Shown here: in pieces, positions 26,628-36,928 of the stretch | Numbering within the stretch: the stretch's first letter is position 1 | Layout: every line of letters begins with the position of its first letter | Source: an uncultured Lachnospiraceae bacterium | GTDB taxonomy: Bacteria; Bacillota; Clostridia; Lachnospirales; Lachnospiraceae | DNA: 64,000 bases | Direction of reading: 5' to 3' | NCBI GenBank assembly: GCA_937885345.1 | Contig: CAKZZH010000132.1 | Span: 350 to 64,349, forward strand | Program-made: the position numbers and the translations under genes | The notes under the pieces: model-generated | What the model was told of the DNA's origin: nothing | The model's database searches: none | Seen by the model: the letters and a program-made list of their open reading frames with translations, nothing else

Positions 26628-27869
26628 TTACTCTGTGATAGATGTGATTCCGTCGATGATGATCGAGAATGAAGGAGCAGATGCAAGCTCTGACTCATGG
26701 AAGTATCCGTCAGATACATACTGAGCAAATGAAGCGCCATCATCTGTTGCCACATAATCCTCAAGAGACATACCGTTTACGGTAAATGTAGAGGTATCGA
26801 ATACATGAAGTGTACCGTTCTTGATCGCTGTCTCGACTTCCTCAACCTTAGCTGCCGTACCCTCAGCTACAACCTCAGCGTTAAGCTCGGTAATCTTATC
26901 AGCACCCTCTGAATAACCCTGGCACCAGTCAACAACGATATCCTTGCCGTTTAATACGCACTCTACAGCGTATGTATAGTAAGGAGCCCAGTTAATGGAT
27001 GCTGATGTAAGAGCGGTATTGGGAGCAACGGAAATCATAGAGATATTGTAACCTACACAAGGAACGCCTGCATTCTCACAAGCGGTAGGAGCGCCTACTG
27101 TATCGGCATGCTGGCTGATAAGTACGCAGCCGTCATCTATAAGTGCCTCTGCCGTTGATTTCTCAAGAGTCTGGTCAGCCCAGCTGTTGGTATATCTTAC
27201 TTCCATTGTAGCGCTGGGGCATACGCTCTTAACGCCAAGGTAGAAGGCTGTAAATCCGGAAACAACCTCTGCGAAAGGAAATGCTCCTACATAACCGATT
27301 TTAACGGCATCTTCGGAAACCTTACCTGCATCGATCATCTCGTTGAGCTTAAGACCTGCTACAACACCTGATACATATCTTGACTCATATACCGATGTAA
27401 AATAGTTATGGAAGTTATCAAGACCGCTTCCTGCTGCCTGATATCCTGTAGCATGGCAGAACTGAATCTCAGGGAACTCCTGTGCTGCCTGAAGAAGATA
27501 TGATTCATGTCCGAAACTGTTTGCAAAAATAATATCGCAGCCCTGATCCGCAAGGTCCTGAGCAGCCTTAAGGCACTCATCACCCTCCGGGATATTCCAC
27601 TTTATAATTACCTGGCTGTCATCAAGGCCAAGCGATTCCTGCATTGCCTTAACGCCTTCGTAATGAGCGAAAGTATAACCCTCGTTCTCATCTCCGACAA
27701 AGATAACGCCAACTTTAAGATCGCCGGCATCGCTTGTCTGTGAAGCATCCGAAGATGATGCAGATGATGAAGCATCCGAAGATGATGCAGATGACGAATT
27801 GCCCGTACATGCAGTAAGAGCAAGAGCCATCACACCTGCAATGATTGCACTGATGATTCTCTTTTTCAT
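26628..27869 (-). CDS. BMP-family (PnrA/TmpC-like) nucleoside-binding lipoprotein
   Basis: 413 aa. Lipobox LTAC, Ser-rich linker, BMP-fold body. GGAGG RBS. Confidence 0.9.
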   Translation of the reverse strand: MKKRIISAIIAGVMALALTACTGNSSSASSSDASSSASSSDASQTSDAGDLKVGVIFVGDENEGYTFAHYEGVKAMQESLGLDDSQVIIKWNIPEGDECLKAAQDLADQGCDIIFANSFGHESYLLQAAQEFPEIQFCHATGYQAAGSGLDNFHNYFTSVYESRYVSGVVAGLKLNEMIDAGKVSEDAVKIGYVGAFPFAEVVSGFTAFYLGVKSVCPSATMEVRYTNSWADQTLEKSTAEALIDDGCVLISQHADTVGAPTACENAGVPCVGYNISMISVAPNTALTSASINWAPYYTYAVECVLNGKDIVVDWCQGYSEGADKITELNAEVVAEGTAAKVEEVETAIKNGTLHVFDTSTFTVNGMSLEDYVATDDGASFAQYVSDGYFHESELASAPSFSIIIDGITSITE

Positions 27870-27966
27870 ACTATAATTCCTCCAAAAAAATAATTGCTAT
27901 CGGTCTGCGGCGCCCCACAGACCAATAGCAAATATACACTTATAAGAATCTTTTGTAAATAGGAAA

Positions 27967-28836
27967 TTACTCTCTCGAAGTTCCGAAATAGGTTATGAGA
28001 AGCGCTCCGGGGCCCGAGTGCACGCCGATGCTGGGATTGATATTGGTTATGATTATTTCAACATCGCCAAACTCCTCTTTGATAGCCGCGGCAAGTTCGT
28101 TTGCATCCTCATCGGCATTGCCGTGAGCGATCCCGATACGTGTATTTACAGCCTTCCACTCGTCGGTTATTTTACTCTTCATTGTATCAACGATATACCT
28201 GATAACCTTCTTCTTACCGCGAACGGTTCCTGTGGAAACGAGCTTATCCTCATTATTGATTATGAGGACGGGCCTTATTCCGAGAACGCTGCCTACAAAT
28301 GCGGTACCCTTTGATACTCTTCCGCCTCTCTGAAGATGCTTGATATCATCGACAACAAGAAGGTGGCACATATGCTTACGATTGTCCTCAACCCATTTGA
28401 TGACCTCGTCCATTGACTTGCCTTCTTCCTGCATGTCAACGGCCTTCATAACAATAATGGCCTCACCCAGAGATGCGCTGCAGGTATCGACAACCTTAAT
28501 GACTCTGTCCGGGAACTCTTCCATAAGCTCTTTGCCGACCATCTCTGCGGTATTGATACTTCCGCTAAGTGTCGCCGCGAAGCTCAAATATAAAATATCC
28601 TTGCCCTGCTCCAAAACAGCGCGGAATTTATCCTCACATACAGAAGGGTTAATAGCCTGGCTCTTGGGTTCCACACCGCCGCGCATCTGATCATAGAAAT
28701 CGGCGGGATCCACGCCTTCGGCGCCTTCATAAGTAACATCTCCGATAAGAGTATACTGGGGAACCTGAACAAGCCCCTTCTCGATCACATACTCCTTTGC
28801 AAGATCCGAATCCGTGTCAGTAATAATTTGATACAT
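27967..28836 (-). CDS. DegV-family fatty-acid-binding protein
   Basis: 289 aa. ITDTDSDL start and typical DegV layout. Confidence 0.9.
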   Translation of the reverse strand: MYQIITDTDSDLAKEYVIEKGLVQVPQYTLIGDVTYEGAEGVDPADFYDQMRGGVEPKSQAINPSVCEDKFRAVLEQGKDILYLSFAATLSGSINTAEMVGKELMEEFPDRVIKVVDTCSASLGEAIIVMKAVDMQEEGKSMDEVIKWVEDNRKHMCHLLVVDDIKHLQRGGRVSKGTAFVGSVLGIRPVLIINNEDKLVSTGTVRGKKKVIRYIVDTMKSKITDEWKAVNTRIGIAHGNADEDANELAAAIKEEFGDVEIIITNINPSIGVHSGPGALLITYFGTSRE

Positions 28837-28896
28837 TTGATCTCTCCTTCAAATATAGAATATTTCATCCGAGCAAGTCCGTCCGGCAAAGCCTCA

Positions 28897-29322
28897 TCAT
28901 CCGAGCGAAAATGTAAGCTCGGCGATAACCGCGATCTCGCCGTCAACCGTTGCTTTAGCGCTTCCTATTCCAATAGGTCCCTTGCTCTTAATGATCTCAC
29001 ACTCAAGTCTGAGCCTGTCGCCGGGAACCACCTTACGCTTGAACTTGCAGGAATTGATTGCCGCAAAATAAGCAGTTTTGCCTCTATTCTCCGGCAATGA
29101 TAATACAGCAACCGCACCGGTTTGTGCAAGTGCTTCCACCATCAGAACTCCGGGCATCACCGGTTCACCCGGAAAATGTCCCGCAAAAAAACTCTCATCA
29201 TACGATATATTCTTATAGCCCACAGCCCTCACTCCGGGCTCAAGTTCCTCTATACAGTCCACCAGAAGAAAGGGATGCCTGTGCGGCAAAATCTCCTGAA
29301 GTTCCTTAATACCCATTAACAT
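28897..29322 (-). CDS. fabZ: 3-hydroxyacyl-ACP dehydratase
   Basis: Started at MLMGIKEL (ATG 29322, GGAGG RBS). Motifs [11 protein letters not shown] and [16 protein letters not shown]. Confidence 0.9.
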   Translation of the reverse strand: MLMGIKELQEILPHRHPFLLVDCIEELEPGVRAVGYKNISYDESFFAGHFPGEPVMPGVLMVEALAQTGAVAVLSLPENRGKTAYFAAINSCKFKRKVVPGDRLRLECEIIKSKGPIGIGSAKATVDGEIAVIAELTFSLG

Positions 29323-29384
29323 TTCATCGTCCTCCGTATGTGATGATCGGGTGCCGGTCGGCACAGGCAGACACAGGTCGGCGC

Positions 29385-30314
29385 TTATTTATATGCGGCG
29401 ACGGCTTCGTCCGCCTCTTTCATTATGTCTAAAATAATATCCCTGCAGCTCTTCTTGTCTTTGATAAGACCTGCGATCTGGCCGGCCATTACAGAGCCGC
29501 CCTGAACGTCTCCGTCGACCACCGCCTTGCGAAGCGATCCTGCGGTAAAACGCTCCATCTCCTCGACGGATACGCCCTCCTGCTCCATTTTAAGGTATTC
29601 CTTGGTCATTTTATTGCGGATGACACGGACGGGATGGCCCGTACTCATACCGGTAACAACGCTGTCGATATCGCTGGCAGCGATTATTCTGTCTTTGTAA
29701 TTCTCGTGAATATTGGCCTCTGTTGAAGCGCAGAAACGTGTGCCGATCTGGACAGCCTCGGCTCCGAGCATCATTGCAGCCGCAAATCCTCTTCCATCGG
29801 CGATCCCTCCGGCACCTATAACAGGTATGTCAACGGCATCGACTACCTGAGGAAGAAGCGCCATGGTGGTTATACTGCCTATATGCCCGCCGCTTTCACA
29901 GCCCTCGGCAACAAGGGCATCTGCGCCGCTTCTGGCAAGCATCTTAGCCATAGCAACGGATGCTACAACAGGGATAACTTTGACCCCTGCGTCCTTCCAT
30001 AAAGAGATGAATTTACCGGGATTTCCGGCTCCGGTTGTAACCGCTGCCACATGCTCTTCGGCTGCAAGATGTGCAACCTCATCCGCATACGGACTCATAA
30101 GCATTATATTTATTCCGAAAGGTTTGTCCGTTACTTCTCGGACGCGCCTTACCATATCTCTTACAGTATCGGCCGGTGCCGTGGCACTACCTATGATTCC
30201 GAAACCGCCGGCGGCGGATACCGCTGCCGCAAGGTTGTTATCGGCAACCCATGCCATACCTCCCTGGATTATGGGATATTCAATACCAAGCAACTGTGTT
30301 ATCCGGTTTTTCAT
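29385..30314 (-). CDS. fabK: enoyl-ACP reductase II (FMN, FabK type)
   Basis: 309 aa, collinear with streptococcal FabK as remembered ([58 protein letters not shown]). Confidence 0.85.
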   Translation of the reverse strand: MKNRITQLLGIEYPIIQGGMAWVADNNLAAAVSAAGGFGIIGSATAPADTVRDMVRRVREVTDKPFGINIMLMSPYADEVAHLAAEEHVAAVTTGAGNPGKFISLWKDAGVKVIPVVASVAMAKMLARSGADALVAEGCESGGHIGSITTMALLPQVVDAVDIPVIGAGGIADGRGFAAAMMLGAEAVQIGTRFCASTEANIHENYKDRIIAASDIDSVVTGMSTGHPVRVIRNKMTKEYLKMEQEGVSVEEMERFTAGSLRKAVVDGDVQGGSVMAGQIAGLIKDKKSCRDIILDIMKEADEAVAAYK

Positions 30315-31735
30315 TTTTGATCCTTTTTCTCTTTCTGTGCATTTTTGGCCGCGCGCTTCTCAAGTGCCCGTTTTATACGGTTTCGCTTCTTATCTTCCTT
30401 CTGGGCGGCTATCCGGTCTTCCTCGAGTTTCTCCGCCTGATATGCCGCAAGGATCTCGGTCTTCTTACGAGCCTCAAGGCCCTTCTTAACAAGTCTTGTG
30501 ATTATATCGTAGATAACCGCAAAGAGAGGAACGCCGATAAGCATTCCGGTAAAGCCCCACAAACCGCCGAAGAAAAGCACGGAGAACAGTACCCAGAAGC
30601 TCTGTACTCCCGTAGCCTCACCAAGGATCTTGGGTCCGAGAACATTTCCGTCAAACTGCTGCAAAACAATTATGATTATTACGAAATACAAGCATTTTAT
30701 CGGATCTACCATAAGTATGATGAACGCCGTAGGTATTGCACCGATAAAAGGTCCGAAGAACGGTATGATATTGGTGATACCGACAAATACGCTGACAAGT
30801 ATCGCATAAGGAATTCTGAAAATAGTGCATACGATAAAGCAAAGTACACCGATTATCATGGAATCGATTATTTTACCGTTGATGAAACCGTTGAACATCT
30901 TATCGCAATAATGTGCTTCATCAATGATTATCTTGGACCACTTGTCACTGAAGATACTGTTTATGATCATCTTGGACTGTCTTCTGAATTTGTGACGCTG
31001 GTGAAGGATATACACGCTCGATACAAGTCCGAAGAAAATATTCTTGGCAACCTCATACACGCTCTTGATCCCGGATGTGAGCGTTGTCATGATCTTATTG
31101 CCGTCACTGCCGAAGGTATTGACAAGCAGTTTGGTGATCGTATTGCCCAGGTTGACGGATATCTCTTCAACCTGTGCACTGATCTCGGCGTTATTCTTTA
31201 CTATGTCAAGATTCTTGACCCAGGCCATGCTCTTCTCGAATGCAGGATTAAACTCTCTGATAAGAGTCTGAATGGATGAAGAAAACTGCGGTATTACAAG
31301 ATATATCAGGGAAGCGATGACTAGCAAAAATACTATCACCGAACAGGCAATGCTAAGGTTATGCACCCACTTACCTGCCGCATCCCGGTTCTTCATCTTG
31401 ACAAATGCTTTATTCAAAAGCTTCTCAAACAAGCGGCACAACGGGCGAAGCAAAAAAGCGATAACTCCGCCTATCGCAAACGGCATCAGATTCTTCCATA
31501 CAAGCGAAAGGAAATTGAAGAATGAATTGGATTTGAAGAAGCCGAAATACACCAGAAGAACGGCAAGTACCAAGAAGAATATGGTCATTGCCCACTTAAA
31601 ATATGTACTGTCCCTCTTTCTCTTACGAGGTGCAGGATTCTCAGCCTCAGGAGTCGCACCCACAGCCGCAGAAGATGCATTATCGTCCACCGCTGCCGCG
31701 GCCTGTGAAACCTCCGAATTATAATTCTCGCTCAT
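30311..31735 (-). CDS. AI-2E (PerM/UPF0118) family transporter
   Basis: 474 aa, multi-pass, with a Lys/Glu-rich C-terminal tail. Its stop overlaps the fabK start (ATGA). Confidence 0.85.
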   Translation of the reverse strand: MSENYNSEVSQAAAAVDDNASSAAVGATPEAENPAPRKRKRDSTYFKWAMTIFFLVLAVLLVYFGFFKSNSFFNFLSLVWKNLMPFAIGGVIAFLLRPLCRLFEKLLNKAFVKMKNRDAAGKWVHNLSIACSVIVFLLVIASLIYLVIPQFSSSIQTLIREFNPAFEKSMAWVKNLDIVKNNAEISAQVEEISVNLGNTITKLLVNTFGSDGNKIMTTLTSGIKSVYEVAKNIFFGLVSSVYILHQRHKFRRQSKMIINSIFSDKWSKIIIDEAHYCDKMFNGFINGKIIDSMIIGVLCFIVCTIFRIPYAILVSVFVGITNIIPFFGPFIGAIPTAFIILMVDPIKCLYFVIIIIVLQQFDGNVLGPKILGEATGVQSFWVLFSVLFFGGLWGFTGMLIGVPLFAVIYDIITRLVKKGLEARKKTEILAAYQAEKLEEDRIAAQKEDKKRNRIKRALEKRAAKNAQKEKKDQK

Positions 31736-31950
31736 TTCAATCCCTCTCTTTTACATGCAATTGATCGCAACATAAAATATTATACCCCAGCAAAGTGATA
31801 CTTTCCACAGAATTTTATTAAAATACTCCTTTTTTGCGTAGTTTTTATGTAAAAAAAGGTACACAAAACGGGTTTTTTAGAGTATATTTTAATATGTGAT
31901 GTTGCGCACATATAATATCACGACGATCAAGGATTCAAATGGGGGCAATA

Positions 31951-33672
31951 ATGAATTCAACACTTAGAAGAGCAATCGGCATTACCGTGCTTACATCAGT
32001 TATGTTTACGGGATGTACATTCGGTACCTCCGAAAGTAAAAATGATGATTCAAACGATCTTCTGACACTCGATGTATTCGATGTATTCGCCAATTATCAA
32101 GGAATTCAGCAGGGCTGGTTTGCAGACGTGATCAGAGACAAATTCAATATTGAACTCAATATCATTGCGCCCAATGTCAGCGGTAACGGCTCGTCTCTTT
32201 ACGACAGCAGGTTTGCTGCCGGCAATCTCGGAGATATAATCATATGCGGCGCCGAAAACGGCCAGCTCGGAGAGCTTGTTGAGGCCGGGCTTCTCCTCGA
32301 TATGACCGATTATATTATAACGCAGCCTTCTTACAGCACATATTCGTCCGCTATAATCGAAATGCGCGAAGCCTATGATCTTAACGGAATCTATGCGCTT
32401 CCCATAGAACTTTCGATGGGTGATGCCTCAACATCCCGCGAGGGACTTGCGCCCAATTACGGCAACTATCTCCGCTGGGACTATTACAAGGCTTTAGGTT
32501 ATCCCGAGATAAACACTCTTGAAGATCTTCCCGGAATTCTTGCATCAATGCAGGCTCTCGCCGAAAAAGAATACGATGAGCCGGTATATGCCATTTCGTA
32601 TTTCAACGATTGGAACGGAAATCTTCTGAACATAGCCAAGCAGCAGTGCTGTTTCTACGGATACGATGAGTTCGGCTTTGTGCTTATGAGCGCGGACGGA
32701 AGCGACTATCAGAATATTCTCGATCGTGATTCGCTCTATATAAGGTCGCTCAAATTCCTTAACAGCTGCTACAGGCTCGGGCTTGTTGATCCCGATTCCA
32801 CCAGTCAGAATTATAACGATGCATATCTTAAATACTGTGACGGGCGCGTGCTTTACGCTCCCTGGCCCTGGATAAGTCAGGACGCATTTAATGTCGCCGC
32901 CAATCTTGAGCAGGGCAAGGGCTATGAATTCGTGCCCATTTCCGATGAAAAGGTCTATTCCTATGGTTGCAGCAACAACGGTAATCAGCGAACCTTTATC
33001 GCTGTGGGAAGCAAAGTAAAGGATCCTCAGAGGGTTGTGGATTTTATCGCATGGCTCTACAGTCCCGAAGGCATCGCCGCCAACGAGGCGGGTTCGTCCC
33101 AGTCTGCCGCCGGTCCCGAAGACCTTACCTGGACATATACAAATAACGGCCCCGTACTGACAGAGCTCGGCAAGGAGATTTTCTATAACGGAGACGCCGA
33201 CATCCCCGACGACTGGGGTGGTCTCACTTGGAAGGACGGCATATCGACACTCAATGTCGTAACCGTCAACACCGTTGAAACCGATGATTACGGTTATCAC
33301 TATTATTATAAAATGTGGGATTCGGTAATTCCTCTTGCTCAGTCGGAGATCGACAAGGAATGGGAAAGCAAATACAGAGAAAACACCGTTATGAAGTATC
33401 TTATCGCAAACGATCAGCTGGCCGTGTCTCCCGGAGTAGATTTTACCGAAGAGACAAGAAGCACCGAGCTTTCCTCAATCCAGCTTCAGTGCAGTAAAAT
33501 AATCGTTGATTACTCTCAGCAAATGATCTATGCGGAGGATGACAAAGAATTCTACGATCTGCTTCAGGCAATGTCTGACAGAGCGTATGTGCTCGGCTAT
33601 GAAACGATTTATGAATTCGATCTCAAGAATGCAATGGCCAAGGGCGAGCTTATCAAGAAAGTTCTTAAATAA
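31951..33672 (+). CDS. large extracellular solute-binding lipoprotein (LplA-like), with no adjacent permeases
   Basis: Started at MNSTLRR (a GGGGG 6 nt upstream). Lipobox FTGC. About 570 aa binding-protein fold. Confidence 0.8.
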   Translation: MNSTLRRAIGITVLTSVMFTGCTFGTSESKNDDSNDLLTLDVFDVFANYQGIQQGWFADVIRDKFNIELNIIAPNVSGNGSSLYDSRFAAGNLGDIIICGAENGQLGELVEAGLLLDMTDYIITQPSYSTYSSAIIEMREAYDLNGIYALPIELSMGDASTSREGLAPNYGNYLRWDYYKALGYPEINTLEDLPGILASMQALAEKEYDEPVYAISYFNDWNGNLLNIAKQQCCFYGYDEFGFVLMSADGSDYQNILDRDSLYIRSLKFLNSCYRLGLVDPDSTSQNYNDAYLKYCDGRVLYAPWPWISQDAFNVAANLEQGKGYEFVPISDEKVYSYGCSNNGNQRTFIAVGSKVKDPQRVVDFIAWLYSPEGIAANEAGSSQSAAGPEDLTWTYTNNGPVLTELGKEIFYNGDADIPDDWGGLTWKDGISTLNVVTVNTVETDDYGYHYYYKMWDSVIPLAQSEIDKEWESKYRENTVMKYLIANDQLAVSPGVDFTEETRSTELSSIQLQCSKIIVDYSQQMIYAEDDKEFYDLLQAMSDRAYVLGYETIYEFDLKNAMAKGELIKKVLK

Positions 33673-33717
33673 TCGCTGCGACTAAGGTGACGCTGCGGCG
33701 CAAACAAGGAGAAGAAA

Positions 33718-35214
33718 ATGGCAAACAAAAACTACAATGCACTTAAGAAGAAATATCTCGCCAAGGTCGATAAAACAATCGCCGAAGGCCCCTACAAGGA
33801 TAACTGGGAGACACTTACCGATATGACGATTCCCGACTGGTTTATGAAAGCCAAGTTCGGTATCTTCATACATTGGGGGCTTTTCAGCGTTCCCGCGCAC
33901 AATAACGAGTGGTATTCCCGTAACATGTACCAGAAGGATATGGAGGAATACAGTTACCACATCAAGACCTACGGTCCTCACAAGGACTTTGGATATAAGG
34001 ATTTTATACCGATGTTCACCGCGAAGAAATTCTCCGCGAAGAAGTGGGTAAGCCTCTTTAAGAAGGCAGGTGCAAGATATATCGTTCCCGTTGCCGAGCA
34101 TCACGACGGCTTCCAAATGTACGACAGCGATCTGTCGATATGGAACAGTGTTCAAATGGGCCCGAAGAGGGATGTGCTCGGCGAACTTAAAGAAGAAGCT
34201 GAGAAGCAGGGGCTCACATTCTGCACCTCCTCTCACAGGGCAGAACATCTCTGGTTTATGGGCGGCGGTAAGGATTTTGAAAGCGATATCCACGAGCCGC
34301 TTCATGTCGGTGATTTCTACTGGCCTTCGACCAAGGAGCAACCCGACCAGACGGATATATACTCAAAGCCCTATCCTACGCAGGAATTCCTCGATGACTG
34401 GCTTATCAGGACCTGCGAGCTTATCGATAAATATCAGCCAAAGATACTTTATTTCGACTGGTGGATCATGCACGACGGATATAAGGACACCTTGAAAAAG
34501 ATCGCCGCTTATTATTACAACAGCGGCCTCAAATGGGGATACAACACCGCGATCTGCTACAAGCACGAGGCTATGGCCTTCGGAAGCGGGATCGTTGATG
34601 TGGAGCGGGGTAAATTTGCCGATGTAAAGCCCTACTACTGGCAGACCGATACAGCAATTGCCCATAATTCCTGGTGTTACACGACCAATCTCAGTTACAA
34701 GACCAGCCACGACATTATATGTTATCTTATCGATGTCGTTGCCAAGAACGGCAATCTCCTCTTAAATGTCGGCCCCAAAGCCGACGGAAGTATTCCCGAC
34801 AAGGATATCGAGATTCTCACTGATATAGGTGCATGGCTTAAAACAAACGGCGAGGCCATCTACAACAGCAAGGTTTGGCGCTACTGCCAGGAAGGCCCCA
34901 CCGCCGAAGTTGAAGGTAAATTCAGCGAAGGAAATGCATCCGGATATACCACCAAGGATTTCAGATTTACAGCCGGTCATGGTTGCATTTACGCCATAGC
35001 CCTCAAATTCCCCAAGAGCGGCAAACTCAACATCAAATCACTTGCCTTCTCGCATGATTCCAACAGCGCAAGCTTCCAGGGGATCATCACCAATGTCGAG
35101 ATTCTCGGTTGCAAGAGCAGGATAAAATACAAGCACGACGCCAAGGGGCTTCACATTGATGCTTCCGGCTACACAAACGATATGCCGGTGGTTATCAAGG
35201 TACATACAAAATAA
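33718..35214 (+). CDS. alpha-L-fucosidase (GH29)
   Basis: 498 aa. FGIFIHWGLFSVPA..NEWY, PVAEHHDGF and other GH29 hallmarks. AAGGAG RBS. Confidence 0.9.
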   Translation: MANKNYNALKKKYLAKVDKTIAEGPYKDNWETLTDMTIPDWFMKAKFGIFIHWGLFSVPAHNNEWYSRNMYQKDMEEYSYHIKTYGPHKDFGYKDFIPMFTAKKFSAKKWVSLFKKAGARYIVPVAEHHDGFQMYDSDLSIWNSVQMGPKRDVLGELKEEAEKQGLTFCTSSHRAEHLWFMGGGKDFESDIHEPLHVGDFYWPSTKEQPDQTDIYSKPYPTQEFLDDWLIRTCELIDKYQPKILYFDWWIMHDGYKDTLKKIAAYYYNSGLKWGYNTAICYKHEAMAFGSGIVDVERGKFADVKPYYWQTDTAIAHNSWCYTTNLSYKTSHDIICYLIDVVAKNGNLLLNVGPKADGSIPDKDIEILTDIGAWLKTNGEAIYNSKVWRYCQEGPTAEVEGKFSEGNASGYTTKDFRFTAGHGCIYAIALKFPKSGKLNIKSLAFSHDSNSASFQGIITNVEILGCKSRIKYKHDAKGLHIDASGYTNDMPVVIKVHTK

Positions 35215-35293
35215 AAGCGCTGCGGCGCGTAAGCGGCAAGCGAAAGCGGCCGCACGGCACAGGCACAACTATATCGAAGGGACGGAAGAATTT

Positions 35294-36904
35294 TTGGAAA
35301 CAGTATTTATAGCAGACGACGAGCAGGCCATTCGCGAAGGTCTCAAATACATAATCGACTGGGGCAAGCACGATTATAAAATAATCGGGGACGCCTCTAA
35401 CGGCGCCGATGCGCTGACCAAGATCGTAAGACTCAAACCCAGTCTTGTACTTATCGATATCCGTATGCCCAAAATGCACGGTATAGAAGTTATCAAAGAG
35501 GCTAAGCAGCTCGGTTTTGAAGGCAAAGTCATAATCTTAAGCGGGTACTCGGATTTTAAATACGCTCAGGAAGCCATAAAGCTGGGAGTTGAATTTTACC
35601 TTACAAAGCCGATTGATGAGGAAGAACTTGAAAAGACCATCGACAAGCTTCACGACGACATTATCGCAGACAGGCAGAAATCTACGGCGATCATGCATTT
35701 TCAGGAAAAAGCAAGGCGTGAAATACTTGATGATATCATAAGCGGCACGGCTGTACTTTCAACGCTCGATCTGGGCGCGCTCGCGCTTACCGAGAATCTC
35801 TACCAGCTCGTAATATATGAGCAGTTTGAGCAGAAGGAGACGAGTATTCCCTATCAGTTTTCCGAACTTCTGCGCGTGACCAATGACCGCTCGGGTACTT
35901 TCGACCACCTTATCAAGGATGGCAAAAATGTCATTGTTTTAAAAGGCCGTTTTGCCCTCGATAAATTCAATCGTTTTCTGGATCACTACAATGATCAGGA
36001 ACCCGAAAAAGGCAGTCCGCTCGATACTTTGTTCCTTGCTTACAGCAAGCCCGTAGCCAGCCTTGAGGAGCTTCCTTGGGCCTATGAACAGGTACGCTCG
36101 CTTATTTCCAGAAGATTCTTCTGTGAGCAGGGTCAGCACACTCTCGGCTACGATAATCTTCCGGATGCTTCGGCAAAGGACCGCATGCTCGGTGACGATC
36201 TCAAGAACCGCTTCAGCAAGCAGTTCGTTGATTACATACAGGCCTTCAACCGTAAAATGATCGCCTCAACCATATATGACCTTACCGAACTTCTATTTAA
36301 TGCGGACGCTCAGGTCAAGGATATAAGGCTCTTTGTGACTGATATTATTTTACAGGTTAAGAACACGATAAGCTCGAGCTACCCTTCCAACGACATTCCT
36401 TTCCCCAGCAATGCCGAGATCATAGGCGAGGTCGAGGCCAAATTCTATCTCTATGAGATAATGAATTACCTTAGTTCCATCTTCGAACTTATTATGAATT
36501 CCATCGGTAATTCCTCGAGAGACAGCATTCTCGATGACATACTTTACTATATCGATCACAATTATCAGAACAATATCAAGCTTGAGACAATTGCGCCGCT
36601 TTTCGGTTACAACAGTGCTTACCTCGGTAAAATATTCTCGAAAACCGTCGGTGAGAATTTTAATAATTATATAGACAAGGTGCGAATCATGCACGCTAAG
36701 GAACTGATCGTCGACAACAAGCTCAAAGTCTATGAAATTGCCGAACAGATCGGTTATAAGAATGTGGATTATTTCCACAAGAAGTTCAAGAAATATGTTT
36801 CGCTCAGTCCGGCCGAATACCGCAAGAGAATCCTTGCCGGCGAAGAAGTGCCGGATATTCCGGGCGATGCTGTCGATAACAGCGATGAAGATCCCGAGGA
36901 CTGA
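35294..36904 (+). CDS. response regulator with AraC-type HTH output (YesN-like)
   Basis: The receiver domain is intact (DD, LIDIRMP Asp, ILSGY, LTKP Lys), with a C-terminal AraC HTH. There is no ATG near the receiver, so a TTG at 35294 is proposed. The tracked start 35156 overlaps the fucosidase gene. Confidence 0.82.
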   Translation: METVFIADDEQAIREGLKYIIDWGKHDYKIIGDASNGADALTKIVRLKPSLVLIDIRMPKMHGIEVIKEAKQLGFEGKVIILSGYSDFKYAQEAIKLGVEFYLTKPIDEEELEKTIDKLHDDIIADRQKSTAIMHFQEKARREILDDIISGTAVLSTLDLGALALTENLYQLVIYEQFEQKETSIPYQFSELLRVTNDRSGTFDHLIKDGKNVIVLKGRFALDKFNRFLDHYNDQEPEKGSPLDTLFLAYSKPVASLEELPWAYEQVRSLISRRFFCEQGQHTLGYDNLPDASAKDRMLGDDLKNRFSKQFVDYIQAFNRKMIASTIYDLTELLFNADAQVKDIRLFVTDIILQVKNTISSSYPSNDIPFPSNAEIIGEVEAKFYLYEIMNYLSSIFELIMNSIGNSSRDSILDDILYYIDHNYQNNIKLETIAPLFGYNSAYLGKIFSKTVGENFNNYIDKVRIMHAKELIVDNKLKVYEIAEQIGYKNVDYFHKKFKKYVSLSPAEYRKRILAGEEVPDIPGDAVDNSDEDPED

Positions 36905-36928
36905 TACGCCTGTAGCCGCTATCTGATC

